Assembly (NCBI GenBank): GCA_039208585.1
Contig: JBCCQX010000004.1
Location: 52,031-116,030 of the forward strand
DNA: 64,000 nucleotides
Source of the DNA: Pseudomonadota bacterium
Lineage (GTDB): Bacteria > Pseudomonadota > Alphaproteobacteria > Rhodobacterales > Rhodobacteraceae
Direction of reading: 5' to 3'
In this document: one piece after another, positions 27,820 to 37,593 of the stretch
Position numbering within the stretch: position 1 is the first letter of the stretch
Layout: each line of letters starts with the position of its first letter
Notes under the pieces: generated by a model
What the model was told of the DNA's origin: nothing
Seen by the model: only the letters and a program-made list of their open reading frames with translations
Databases searched by the model: none
Position numbers and translations under genes: made by a program

Positions 27820-29493
27820 TCAGTCATCGCCTTTGAGCGCGGCGCCCAAAATGTCGCCCAGAGAGGCACCGGAATCAGATGAACCATATTGCTCAACCGC
27901 TTCCTTCTCTTCTGCAATCTCTCGCGCCTTGATCGACACGCCCAAGCGATGCGCCTTCGTATCCACATTGGTGATGCGCACGTCTACCTTATCCCCGATA
28001 GAGAAACGCTCAGGCCGCTGCTCAGCGCGGTCACGCGACAAATCCGACCGGCGAATGAAAGACTTCATGCCTTCATATTCCACTTCGATCCCGCCGTCTT
28101 CGATGGCGGTGACAGTCACGGTGACAACAGATCCGCGTTTAACACCGCCCACGGCGGCAGCGAACTTGTCACCGCCGACACCTTTGATCGACAGGCTGAT
28201 GCGTTCTTTCTCGACATCCACCTCGGACACGACGGCCTGTACCAGATCGCCTTTGCGATAGTCCTGGATCGCCTCTTCCCCGCGTTGATCCCAACTGATG
28301 TCGCTCAGATGCACCATGCCGTCGATGTCCCCTGGCAAACCGACAAACAGGCCGAACTCGGTGATGTTTTTCACTTCGCCCTCAACCTCTGTGCCCTCTG
28401 GATGGGTCTCTGCAAAAACCTCCCATGGATTGCGCATCGTTTGTTTCAATCCCAGAGAGACGCGGCGCTTCGTGCCGTCAATTTCCAGCACCATCACCTC
28501 CACCTCCTGAGAGGTCGATACGATCTTACCCGGATGCACGTTATTCTTGGTCCAAGACATCTCTGAGACGTGCACAAGCCCTTCAACACCCGGCTCCAAC
28601 TCAACAAAGGCACCGTAGTCCGTGATGTTGGTCACGCGCCCCATATGCGACGATTCAAGCGGATATTTCGCAGCGACAAGATCCCAAGGATCTTCTTGCA
28701 ACTGCTTCATGCCTAGGCTGATGCGGTGGGTTTCTTTGTTGATCTTGATCACCTGGACCTTGATGGTCTCACCGATGGTCAAAATTTCTGACGGATGATT
28801 TACACGCCGCCACGCCATGTCTGTCACGTGCAGCAGCCCGTCGACACCGCCAAGGTCGACGAATGCACCGTATTCGGTGATGTTCTTGACCACGCCGTCC
28901 ACCGATTGCCCTTCAGAGAGGTTGCCAATCACCTCGGCCCTCTGTTCAGCACGCGATTCCTCAAGGATCGCGCGACGCGACACCACGATATTGCCCCGAC
29001 GGCGATCCATCTTAAGAACTTGGAAAGGCTGTTTGAGACCCATCAAAGGGCCTGCATCCCGCACCGGACGCACATCCACCTGAGATCCGGGCAGAAAGGC
29101 GACGGCCCCCCCAAGATCAACGGTAAAGCCCCCCTTCACCCGCCCAAAGATCGCGCCTTCCACACGCTCTTCCGCGGCATAGGCTTTCTCAAGACGGTCC
29201 CACGCCTCTTCGCGGCGGGCCATTTCGCGGCTGATCACCGCTTCACCCTTTGAATTCTCGACCTGACGCAGGAACACTTCCACCTCGTCGCCCACGTCAA
29301 CTTTGGGGGCTTCACCAGGTTCCGCAAATTCTTTTAACTCAACGCGGCCTTCCATTTTGTAGCCGACATCAATGATGGCTTGGCCCGCCTCGATGGCGAT
29401 CACCTTGCCTTTAACAACAGAGCCCTCCTCGGGCGTGTCCATCTCGAAGCTTTCATTCAAGAGCGCTTCAAACTCATCCATCAAATTCGCCAT
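27820..29493 (-). CDS. rpsA: 30S ribosomal protein S1
   Basis: Six S1 repeats (ITEYGAFV, GLLHVTDM, VHPGKIV and others). Start MANLMDEFEALL. Confidence 0.98.
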   Translation of the reverse strand: MANLMDEFEALLNESFEMDTPEEGSVVKGKVIAIEAGQAIIDVGYKMEGRVELKEFAEPGEAPKVDVGDEVEVFLRQVENSKGEAVISREMARREEAWDRLEKAYAAEERVEGAIFGRVKGGFTVDLGGAVAFLPGSQVDVRPVRDAGPLMGLKQPFQVLKMDRRRGNIVVSRRAILEESRAEQRAEVIGNLSEGQSVDGVVKNITEYGAFVDLGGVDGLLHVTDMAWRRVNHPSEILTIGETIKVQVIKINKETHRISLGMKQLQEDPWDLVAAKYPLESSHMGRVTNITDYGAFVELEPGVEGLVHVSEMSWTKNNVHPGKIVSTSQEVEVMVLEIDGTKRRVSLGLKQTMRNPWEVFAETHPEGTEVEGEVKNITEFGLFVGLPGDIDGMVHLSDISWDQRGEEAIQDYRKGDLVQAVVSEVDVEKERISLSIKGVGGDKFAAAVGGVKRGSVVTVTVTAIEDGGIEVEYEGMKSFIRRSDLSRDRAEQRPERFSIGDKVDVRITNVDTKAHRLGVSIKAREIAEEKEAVEQYGSSDSGASLGDILGAALKGDD

Positions 29494-29662
29494 GTAGCGT
29501 TGTGTATCCTTATCAATGTGTATCCGGCCGCGCGGTTGTCTCCGCCGGTCTTGCGCATGCTTTGGTCCAAAGGCCGCCGGTCCGCAAAAGAAGAAGGGCC
29601 GGTATGGTCCGACCCTGCTCACAAACTGTGCCCGGTGCTGTCATCGCCCCTTAGACAGCGCC

Positions 29663-29691
29663 GCTATAGGGGAACTGTGTCCCCGTTGCAA
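29663..29691 (-). promoter_or_regulatory. Putative sigma70 promoter of rpsA
   Basis: TTGCAA-N17-TATAGC on the minus strand, about 170 nt upstream of the ATG. Confidence 0.55.
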
Positions 29692-29807
29692 GACGGCAGT
29701 CACGCCTGCATAGTGCAAAGGCGCGCTGTTCCATCTCCTCGGGAAGATCCGCGAAAAGCCACTGCGCCAAATGTAAGGCCCAATCAGAAGAGGACATCGC
29801 AGGTTTC

Positions 29808-30272
29808 ATGCGCTATCCGTTCACCCCCAAATCGACGCGGTATCTGCTGCCCGGGCAATTTTGGCCAATCGAACTCTCCTCCGGTCGGTTCGCTTGCGGG
29901 CGCGTTCTGCAAACCGCACAAAACCATGGGTTCTCCGATCAGCGCGGGTTTCTCGCGGGCCTCATGGACTGGTCGAATGTCTCCCCGCCCGTGAAAGATG
30001 ACCTGAGGGGCGTCCCGATCTGTGAGATCGGTAAGGCGCATGTCAAAACCATCACCCATCTTGGCGCTCAGATCACGGACTGCTGCCCCTTACCGGAAGA
30101 TGCCATCCCCCGCCGCCTGGATCGGGCCGCCAGCCCGGGATGCAGGCTGCTGCGCGGATATAAAGACCAAGGGGCGGCCGCACCGGAAGATCAAAGCAAA
30201 CTGCCGGTTTTGGGCACCTGGGGCTACGGTTTTATCGTCCTGCTCGCAGAACGAAGGTTCGGCAGCGCCTGA
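29808..30272 (+). CDS. Hypothetical protein, N-terminus resembling Imm26-type immunity proteins
   Basis: 154-aa ORF; 'PGQFWPIELSSGRFACGRVL' resembles the recalled Imm26 pattern G..F.IPL..G.Y..GRV. Confidence 0.6.
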   Translation: MRYPFTPKSTRYLLPGQFWPIELSSGRFACGRVLQTAQNHGFSDQRGFLAGLMDWSNVSPPVKDDLRGVPICEIGKAHVKTITHLGAQITDCCPLPEDAIPRRLDRAASPGCRLLRGYKDQGAAAPEDQSKLPVLGTWGYGFIVLLAERRFGSA

Positions 30273-30389
30273 AACGCCGCCTCCGTCAAAGAGTGATCGC
30301 AAAACGACCTCGGTTCGTCGAACGTTTGCCGCCCCCGTTCCGCGCAGGACCAGGTTGATACGCGGTCATACCGTCTAAAACGCCCGCCG

Positions 30390-31322
30390 CTACAGCATCA
30401 TCTGGTAAGTGACAGGCACATAGCGGAAGCGGCCTGCCGTTACCTCTTCCACAAAGCCCATGCCCGGGAACGGCATGTGATACCCGATCAGCGGGATGCG
30501 ATCCGCGGCGAGCATGCTTAACACCCGCTTGCGCGTTGCCGCAGCGGCCGCCTTGTCCATGTCAAAACGCACTTCCCACTCGGGATAGGCCAGTGACCAC
30601 ACATAGTGATTGGCCATATCCGCCATCAACAGAACCTGCTGACCGCCTGCTTCAATCATGTACACCATGTGCCCCGGCGTATGGCCAAACGCGGCCATCG
30701 CGGTCACACCGGGCACAACGCTGTCGCCGTCCTTCAGAAAGCTCATCTGATCCGCGAAGGGGCGTACTTTTCCGTCAAACCGCTCATTGCCCGCGGCAGC
30801 CCAATGGTCATACTCCACCTGCCCCGTGACATAGCGCGCATTGGGATAGGTGGCCGCGCCCGCATCATCGGTCAACCCGCCGATGTGATCGCCGTGCATA
30901 TGGGTCAGCACCACGACGGTTACATCCTGCGCGCTCACGCCACTGGCAGTGAGCGCGGCAAGCGTCCCTGCAGCGGAGAGGCCAGTATCGAACAGCACAA
31001 TATCAGACCCGGTTCGCACCACAGTTGGTGTAAAGAAGAACTGCGATCTATCAGCGGGGATGAAATTCTCCGCGCTCACCCGAGCAAACTCCTCGGCTGA
31101 CACGTTCATCCCGAAAATCGTTTGTATGTCACCGACCGTGCGCGTGCCCGCCAAAAGCGTCGAGACCTGAAATTCGTTCAATGCAAAGCTGTTGTGAATG
31201 GCATTTGTCGGCGCCGCATGGCCGCCTGCCTGCAATGCGCTCGACCCGCCAAGCGCCGCCGCAAACGGCAACCCCGCCCCCGTCAACAGCGCCTGCCGCC
31301 GTGAAATCGAAACCTGTGACAT
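30390..31322 (-). CDS. Tat-exported MBL-fold metallohydrolase (methyl-parathion-hydrolase-like)
   Basis: SRRQALL Tat signal; FDTG, THMHGDHIGG, GHTPGH, AD and YHMPFPG motifs. Confidence 0.88.
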   Translation of the reverse strand: MSQVSISRRQALLTGAGLPFAAALGGSSALQAGGHAAPTNAIHNSFALNEFQVSTLLAGTRTVGDIQTIFGMNVSAEEFARVSAENFIPADRSQFFFTPTVVRTGSDIVLFDTGLSAAGTLAALTASGVSAQDVTVVVLTHMHGDHIGGLTDDAGAATYPNARYVTGQVEYDHWAAAGNERFDGKVRPFADQMSFLKDGDSVVPGVTAMAAFGHTPGHMVYMIEAGGQQVLLMADMANHYVWSLAYPEWEVRFDMDKAAAAATRKRVLSMLAADRIPLIGYHMPFPGMGFVEEVTAGRFRYVPVTYQMML

Positions 31323-31403
31323 CAAATATTCCTCCCATCGTTTCGCGGAGAACTAGCGCGCCCACCGCCGGTGTCGATACGGCGCCGCCACATCGCTCAA
31401 ACG

Positions 31404-31448
31404 CTTTCATCTTGCCAGAAAACTCCGGGGTCCGGGGCAGCGCCCCGG
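31404..31448 (+). repeat. Family B repeat, copy 3
   Basis: CTTTCATCTTGCCAGAAAACTCCGGGGTCCGGGGCAGCGCCCCGG. Confidence 0.75.
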
Positions 31449-31476
31449 GGGTCTACCGCCCGCGCCAAGGCTGCGC

Positions 31477-32037
31477 TTAAAGCGCTTCGCCCTTCTTGCG
31501 CAGTTCTTCGAGCAGGTCCTGATAGATCTGATTGCTATCGCCACCGCCAAAAATCGCAGCACCGCCGGTATAGCCCGACCCATAGGTCTTTGCCACGGTC
31601 ACTGTTTGCACCAAACCTGAAATGAATTGGTCTTTCTCCAGCGGGGACAGCGGATGAATGAACACCCCCCAAAGCCGCCCCTGAGCCACGGCATAGCGCG
31701 CATCAAGTGCAGCATCGAAATTGGCCTGCATCATCCGCATCAGATCGCCCGGTTCCAGTCCCTCGGCACTGGCGATGGGCACCATCGCCCGCATGCGATC
31801 CGCCCGTGGATCGGCGATAACGATCACGGGCACATCGTCCAAGGTGAACTCCAATGCGGATCCGCGGGCGATCACATCCGGGTCTAAAGCCTGCACAATC
31901 ATCGCCAACCGGCGCATCGTCATGGGCGGTTCAGATCCGACGTCCGAAACCTCCGGAACGGGCGCGGGTGCTGGGCTCTCTTGCGCTGAGACCTGCAGCG
32001 GCAGCAAAAGTAAGATCAACCAAACAAATTTTGACAT
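31477..32037 (-). CDS. Exported hypothetical protein, possible YbjN/type III chaperone-like fold
   Basis: Signal peptide MSKFVWLILLLLPLQVSAQ; 'LMRMMQANF..ALDARYAV..G.LW' resembles this fold. GGAG Shine-Dalgarno upstream. Confidence 0.65.
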   Translation of the reverse strand: MSKFVWLILLLLPLQVSAQESPAPAPVPEVSDVGSEPPMTMRRLAMIVQALDPDVIARGSALEFTLDDVPVIVIADPRADRMRAMVPIASAEGLEPGDLMRMMQANFDAALDARYAVAQGRLWGVFIHPLSPLEKDQFISGLVQTVTVAKTYGSGYTGGAAIFGGGDSNQIYQDLLEELRKKGEAL

Positions 32038-32319
32038 GAAAATCTCCCTTCTGCACCAAGCTTAACCCGAATGGGGTGTAATGCGAGACACCTTTGGGTG
32101 AACACCGCGCGGTCAACACGCAGTTTCTTAACGTGTCATGCCTATGTCTCTGCCTCGGTTAACCAGCTGCGTGGTGACGCGCGCAGCATCCACGGTCTTC
32201 GCTCTGGTGACAGAGCCTCTGTGTACCGCGCATGCCGGCAGATCCCGGCCACAGATAGGACCACCCCGCCAGGGGCGGCGCCGCTTCTTTTGATCCAACC
32301 GACCGAAAGGTCACACAGT

Positions 32320-32943
32320 CTACCGGGCTTCCAGCCGCTTGGCATCGATCACCGCCACAGCGGCCGCAATCGCATCCATAATCGACAGGCTGGACGTATC
32401 GATCTCGACCGCGTCAGGCGCAGGTGCCATGGGCGCGTCCGCACGCGTTCGATCGCGCGTGTCCCGCGCCATCACATCGCCAAGCACATCTTCAAAAGAG
32501 GTGTGGATCCCTTTCTCAGAAAGTTCCGCCAATCTTCGTGCAGCCCGGACGCGCGGATGCGCCACAACGAACAGCTTGACCGGAGCGGCAGGGCAGATCA
32601 CCGTGCCAATGTCGCGGCCATCCAACACCGCCCCGCCGGGACGCGCAGCAAAGCGGCGCTGAAACGCCACCAATGCCGCGCGGACCTGAGGCACCGCCGC
32701 CACCCTGCTGGCGGCATCCGCAACCTCGGGCGTCCGCAGGTTCGCCTGCGTCAGATCCACGTCTTCGACCGCCTGTGCCGCAGCAACTGCGTCGGCCCCG
32801 CGCAACACCTGAGCGCCAACCGCACGGTAGAGCAACCCCGTGTCCAAATGCGCAAAGCCGAAATGATCGGCGACCGCTTTGGCAATGGTGCCCTTCCCCG
32901 AGGCGGCAGGCCCATCAATCGCAACGGTAAACCCTTGGGGCAT
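32320..32943 (-). CDS. cmk: Cytidylate kinase
   Basis: [35 protein letters not shown] and RD..RADAP motifs; follows aroA. Confidence 0.96.
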   Translation of the reverse strand: MPQGFTVAIDGPAASGKGTIAKAVADHFGFAHLDTGLLYRAVGAQVLRGADAVAAAQAVEDVDLTQANLRTPEVADAASRVAAVPQVRAALVAFQRRFAARPGGAVLDGRDIGTVICPAAPVKLFVVAHPRVRAARRLAELSEKGIHTSFEDVLGDVMARDTRDRTRADAPMAPAPDAVEIDTSSLSIMDAIAAAVAVIDAKRLEAR

Positions 32944-33443
32944 CACCGCGTCCAACCTGGCCCACGCAGCCACGCCGCACCGGTCAAATACAGCCCCAGG
33001 CCAAGCGTGACCCATTTGCTCACCGTCAACGCACTGGCCCGCGCCACCAGATCGGCATCCACTGTGGCCGTGCTGCGCAATATCTCAGCGACCAGCGCAT
33101 TTTCCCACAGATCAGCCACCAGATACGCGGCGGCAAAAAACGCCGCACAGATCTGCGAAAACCGCCAGCCAGCACCCGCCAAGATCCACAGCCCAAAAAG
33201 CAGCGTCGCCGCCAGCAAAACCGGAAACGCGGTATCAAGCGTGCGAAACACGCCGAGATAGAGCCGTCGCTGCTCTGCGCTCAACGCATCGACAAAGGCC
33301 TGCGCAGCCGCGGTGTCATACCCGGCAAGCCGCACGTCAAAAATGGGCTGCTCGGATGGGGCGATCCACCCGCCCGACAGCACCAGCAACGCGGCAAAGA
33401 CGATGCCCGCCGCCCCCAGCAACATCCACCAAATCGCGCTCAC
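32943..33443 (-). CDS. Hypothetical membrane protein (about 4 TM)
   Basis: Hydrophobic segments; 'LDTAFP' and 'DLWEN' motifs; overlaps both aroA and cmk, suggesting translational coupling. Confidence 0.75.
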   Translation of the reverse strand: MSAIWWMLLGAAGIVFAALLVLSGGWIAPSEQPIFDVRLAGYDTAAAQAFVDALSAEQRRLYLGVFRTLDTAFPVLLAATLLFGLWILAGAGWRFSQICAAFFAAAYLVADLWENALVAEILRSTATVDADLVARASALTVSKWVTLGLGLYLTGAAWLRGPGWTR

Positions 33444-34792
33444 GCCGTCTCTCGCGTCAGGTTGGCGCCCAGCGCGGTCATCAACGGTTCGAAAATTGGA
33501 AAAGACGTGGCAATCGGACCCGCATCATCGATCGCGACAGGCCGCTGCGCCGCCATCCCCAAGATCAGAAAGGACATCGCGATGCGGTGATCCAGATGCG
33601 TCGCGCAGCGCCCGCCGCCGGGCACCTGGCCGGGACCGCATCCCGAGACAATCCACCAATCAGGTCCTTCCTCCACCTCGACACCGTTGGCCCTCAGCCC
33701 CGCCGCCATCGCTGCGATCCGGTCACTCTCTTTCAACCGCAGTTCCTTGACGCCCCGTATCACCGTCTTGCCTTGCGCGCAGGCCGCGACGACGGAAAGC
33801 ACGGGATATTCGTCAATCATCGAGGCCGCCCGGCTGGGCGGCACCGCCACCCCTTTGAGATGGGGGGAAAACCGCGCTCTCAGGTCGGCCACAGGCTCAC
33901 CGCCCTCGACCCGCGCGTTTTCATACGCCAAAGCGGCCCCCATCTCGCGCAGCGTGGTGAAAAGCCCCGCACGCGTGGGGTTCAGCCCAATCCCAGGCAC
34001 CAGAACGTCAGACCCAGGCACGATCACCGCCGCGCAAACCGGAAAGGCCGCAGAACTCGGATCGCGGGGGACGACAATGTGCTGGGGACGCAGCTCCGGC
34101 TGACCGGCCAGCGTGATCACACGCGCCTCATTGGTCTGCGTGACCTCGATCTCAGCCCCAAAACCCGCGAGCATGCGCTCGGTATGGTCGCGTGTCGCCT
34201 CTTGCTCGCGCACCACGGTCCGACCCGGCGCATTGAGCCCGGCAAGCAGCACGGCCGATTTGACCTGGGCGGAGGGCACCGGCACGTCATAGCTCACCGG
34301 CACCGGATCGCGCGCACCCACCAAAGTCATCGGCAAACGGCCCCCAGAGCGTCCGAAAGACTGGCAGCCAAACTGCCTCAAAGGGGCCGTGACACGCGCC
34401 ATCGGACGACTATTCAAACTGGCATCTCCAGTAAAGGTGGCGGTGATCGGGCAGGTCGCCATAGCGCCCATCAACAACCGTACCCCGGTGCCAGAATTAC
34501 CGCAGTCAATCACCCGGTCGGGTTCGGCAAAACCGCCGACCCCGACGCCATGCACCGACCATCGCCCGTCGCCAAGCTGGTCAACCTCTGCGCCAAAGGC
34601 ACGCATCGCCGCAGCGGTGTCCAGCACGTCTTGCCCTTCCAACAGCCCCTCAATCCGTGTCTCACCGACCGCCATGGCCCCCAGAATGAGCGACCGATGC
34701 GAGATTGATTTATCCCCCGGCACCCGCGCAACCCCTGAAAGGGCGCCCGCTGCCTGGGCGGACATCGGTATCGGTTCTGCCTGATGTGACAT
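33440..34792 (-). CDS. aroA: 3-phosphoshikimate 1-carboxyvinyltransferase
   Basis: [38 protein letters not shown] and DHRIAMSF motifs. Confidence 0.98.
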   Translation of the reverse strand: MSHQAEPIPMSAQAAGALSGVARVPGDKSISHRSLILGAMAVGETRIEGLLEGQDVLDTAAAMRAFGAEVDQLGDGRWSVHGVGVGGFAEPDRVIDCGNSGTGVRLLMGAMATCPITATFTGDASLNSRPMARVTAPLRQFGCQSFGRSGGRLPMTLVGARDPVPVSYDVPVPSAQVKSAVLLAGLNAPGRTVVREQEATRDHTERMLAGFGAEIEVTQTNEARVITLAGQPELRPQHIVVPRDPSSAAFPVCAAVIVPGSDVLVPGIGLNPTRAGLFTTLREMGAALAYENARVEGGEPVADLRARFSPHLKGVAVPPSRAASMIDEYPVLSVVAACAQGKTVIRGVKELRLKESDRIAAMAAGLRANGVEVEEGPDWWIVSGCGPGQVPGGGRCATHLDHRIAMSFLILGMAAQRPVAIDDAGPIATSFPIFEPLMTALGANLTRETA

Positions 34793-34850
34793 GGGCCCCT
34801 CCTCAACACGACTGCTCTACCCGAGCGCTGCGCGCGCGTCCATGCCCTGT

Positions 34851-34898
34851 CTCTTTTGGCCCAAATACTTCAGGGAGTTTGAGGGACAGCGTCCCTCA
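34851..34898 (+). repeat. Family B repeat, copy 4
   Basis: CTCTTTTGGCCCAAATACTTCAGGGAGTTTGAGGGACAGCGTCCCTCA; the hairpin arms differ from other copies but still pair (GAGGGAC/GTCCCTC). Confidence 0.7.
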
Positions 34899-34939
34899 TC
34901 CCCTTCAGATCGCATGCGGGCAAAGCCCGCTCCATTGGA

Positions 34940-35635
34940 TCACAGGCGGCGAAAGGTCAGGTAGGTGGGGACGCGACCCGCCCGCAGCGCTTTTTCTTCG
35001 TAACGCGTGGCGCGCCAATCCGGCCAGGGAACGCGCCAATCTCGCGCGCAACATGCCTCCCAGACAAAGCCAAACCGCGGCACCTGTTCCAAAGTCTGCC
35101 GCACATAGTCACCGATGTCGGTCGCGACCTGAAACGTCGCGCCGGGGCGCAGTACGCGCGCCAAGGGTGCCAGATGCTCCGGCGTCACAAAGCGGCGTCG
35201 ATGGTGACGCGCCTTTGGCCAGGGGTCTGGATAAAGCAAGAAAGCGCGCTCAATCACCCCCTCCGGCAACACATCGAAAAGATCGCGCACGTCACCGGGA
35301 TGGATCCGGATCGTGTCAACACCGGCGCGCCTGATTTTGCCCAAGAGTGTGGCCACGCCATTCAGATAAGGCTCGCACCCGATCATCCCCACCTCCGGAT
35401 GCAAAACCGCTTGATGCACCAGATGCTCTCCAGATCCAAATCCGATTTCCAACCAGACACTGCGCCCGGCGAAAACAGCATCCAGGTCCAGGGGCTCGCG
35501 GGCGGGGTTCTCTGCCCAGGGCACCTGCCCAAGCGACAGCCGCGCCAGATCCTGCGCCACATAGGTCTGATGCGACGCCTTGAGCGGTTTGCCCTTCATT
35601 CGGCCGTAAAAATTACGATGCGGACGCTTAGACAT
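34940..35635 (-). CDS. trmB: tRNA (guanine-N7)-methyltransferase
   Basis: LEIGFGSGEHL, GCEPY, YPDPWPKARHHRRR and ATD motifs. Confidence 0.96.
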   Translation of the reverse strand: MSKRPHRNFYGRMKGKPLKASHQTYVAQDLARLSLGQVPWAENPAREPLDLDAVFAGRSVWLEIGFGSGEHLVHQAVLHPEVGMIGCEPYLNGVATLLGKIRRAGVDTIRIHPGDVRDLFDVLPEGVIERAFLLYPDPWPKARHHRRRFVTPEHLAPLARVLRPGATFQVATDIGDYVRQTLEQVPRFGFVWEACCARDWRVPWPDWRATRYEEKALRAGRVPTYLTFRRL

Positions 35636-35682
35636 GCGCAGGGCTTACCGCGCGCGGACGCATTGAGCAACGCCGCGCGCGC

Positions 35683-36327
35683 CTATTGGGTCAGCACGCC
35701 CGCAGACAACAGCACGGCGCGATTTGGATACCACATGCCGGTGTCGGGTTTGCGAATGGTGCGGATCGCAAATGCCGGGTCCACACCGCGCGACAGCATG
35801 TACATCAGCCTGGTATAGGTCTCGGTCTGCGTGTCCAAATACATCCAGGCGGCGAAATCAAAGGGGGTTTCCCAATTTTCCTCTTCCTGATTGGCGGCGA
35901 AATATTCTTCGATGCTTGACGCGCTCCACCGCACTTGGTGAAAACCAATGCGGCCACCCGGCGCCATCGTGCGGTTTTGGCCCGCCAGAAAGATCGTCAC
36001 GCAAGAGCTTTCGCAGCGATCCTGCACCTGGGTATCCAGCGCAAAGTCAATCACCAGATCAGCGATCGCATTGGCGGCGTAAAACCCGCCACCGCTGGAA
36101 TTGAAGACGAGCTTTTCAACGTGATCATGGGCGCGCAGCAACGCACGCAAGCGGTCCCGATCCTCAAAGGTAATGTCATCCGAAAACCCTGGCTCCACAA
36201 CGTCCGACGCATAGAAAAGCTCAGTTCCCGTGATCTTAAACCGCTGCTCCTCTGCCTGCGCCATCAAAGGAAGCGCCAGCACCGCGCACACAGCGACGGC
36301 CCACCGAAAAACCGCGGAGCGTGTCAT
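35683..36327 (-). CDS. Exported protein with ClpP/crotonase-like motifs
   Basis: Signal peptide; FNSSGG, CESSC.TIFLAG and IGFHQ resemble a ClpP-like periplasmic family. Confidence 0.7.
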   Translation of the reverse strand: MTRSAVFRWAVAVCAVLALPLMAQAEEQRFKITGTELFYASDVVEPGFSDDITFEDRDRLRALLRAHDHVEKLVFNSSGGGFYAANAIADLVIDFALDTQVQDRCESSCVTIFLAGQNRTMAPGGRIGFHQVRWSASSIEEYFAANQEEENWETPFDFAAWMYLDTQTETYTRLMYMLSRGVDPAFAIRTIRKPDTGMWYPNRAVLLSAGVLTQ

Positions 36328-36328
36328 C

Positions 36329-37510
36329 TTAAACCGCCGCTTTCAGGGGATCGACCAAATCCGTCTTCTCCCAGGAAAAGCCGCCGTCCGCCTCGGGCGC
36401 GCGGCCGAAATGGCCGTAGGCCGCCGTGCGCTGATAGATCGGTTTGTTCAGTTGCAGATGCTCTCTGATGCCGCGCGGGGTTAAGTCCATCGTGGTGCTG
36501 ATCGCCCGCTCAATCGCCGCGCCGTCGACCTGGCCAGTGCCGAAAGTATCGCAATAAATCGACAGGGGTTTGCTGACCCCGATGGCATAGCTCAACTGGA
36601 TGGTGCATTTTCGTGCCATACCCGCCGCGACCACGTTTTTGGCCAGATACCGCGCCGCATAGGCGGCCGAGCGATCCACTTTGGTCGGGTCTTTGCCGGA
36701 AAATGCACCGCCCCCGTGGGGGGCCGCGCCCCCATAGGTGTCGACAATGATCTTGCGTCCGGTCAAACCGGCATCCCCATCAGGCCCGCCGATCACAAAA
36801 GTGCCCGTGGGGTTTACCCACCACTCCGTCTGATCCGAAATCCAGCCTTCGGGCAGGACCTCCCGAATGTAGGGTTCCACGATGGCGCGAATATCGGCGC
36901 TGGTTTGATTTTCATCCGCATGCTGCGTGGACAGCACGATGGAGGTGACGCCCATCGGCCGGCCAGCTTCGTATCGCACCGATAGTTGGCTTTTCGCGTC
37001 GGGGCGCAGCGTGGGCTCTGATCCGTCTTTTCGCGCATCCGCTAAACGGCGAAGGATCGCATGCGCGTAGTGGATCGGCGCAGGCATCAACTCGGGCGTT
37101 TCATCGGTGGCAAAGCCGAACATGATGCCTTGATCCCCCGCCCCCTCGTCTTTGTCATATGCTGCATTCACGCCCTGCGCTATGTGGGCGGATTGTTCGT
37201 GCAGCAGATTGGTTATCTTGCAGGTCGCGTGGTGAAACTGGCTCTGCTCATAGCCGATATCTTTGATGCAGGCGCGCGCAATACCCTCGATCCGGCCCAT
37301 GTAGGCGTGAAGTTTATCTTTGTCACTCAACCCGACCTCTCCACCGATGACGACGCGGTTGGTCGTGGCGAATGTCTCTGCCGCCACGCGGGCCTCTGGC
37401 TCCTCGCTCAAAAACGCATCAAGCACAGCGTCTGAGATCCGATCACAGAGCTTATCGGGATGACCCTCTGAAACCGACTCAGAGGTGAATACATAGTTTT
37501 GACGGGACAT
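36329..37510 (-). CDS. metK: S-adenosylmethionine synthetase
   Basis: [33 protein letters not shown] and GHFGR motifs. Confidence 0.98.
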   Translation of the reverse strand: MSRQNYVFTSESVSEGHPDKLCDRISDAVLDAFLSEEPEARVAAETFATTNRVVIGGEVGLSDKDKLHAYMGRIEGIARACIKDIGYEQSQFHHATCKITNLLHEQSAHIAQGVNAAYDKDEGAGDQGIMFGFATDETPELMPAPIHYAHAILRRLADARKDGSEPTLRPDAKSQLSVRYEAGRPMGVTSIVLSTQHADENQTSADIRAIVEPYIREVLPEGWISDQTEWWVNPTGTFVIGGPDGDAGLTGRKIIVDTYGGAAPHGGGAFSGKDPTKVDRSAAYAARYLAKNVVAAGMARKCTIQLSYAIGVSKPLSIYCDTFGTGQVDGAAIERAISTTMDLTPRGIREHLQLNKPIYQRTAAYGHFGRAPEADGGFSWEKTDLVDPLKAAV

Positions 37511-37513
37511 GAG

Positions 37514-37562
37514 CGCTCCACTAGAGAATTGATGCCACGTCAGGAAGCCGTTGTGGCACAGC
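37514..37562 (-). ncRNA. SAM/SAH riboswitch
   Basis: Minus strand reads GCTGTGCCACAACGGCTTCCTGACGTGGCATCAATTCTCTAGTGGAGC immediately 5' of the metK ATG, matching the Rhodobacterales SAM/SAH consensus (CACAACGGCTTCCTG.CGTG...AGTGGAGC). Confidence 0.88.
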
Positions 37563-37593
37563 TTCTTCGGCTTAAAGACCGCGTGAAAGCGGG

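Noticed and set aside
32071-33261. 396-aa plus-strand ORF
   Set aside because: Antisense to cmk and its neighbour, with no recognisable domain.
33356-34708. 450-aa plus-strand ORF
   Set aside because: It is the antisense shadow of aroA, Arg/Pro/Gly-rich with no motifs; long shadow ORFs are expected at high GC.
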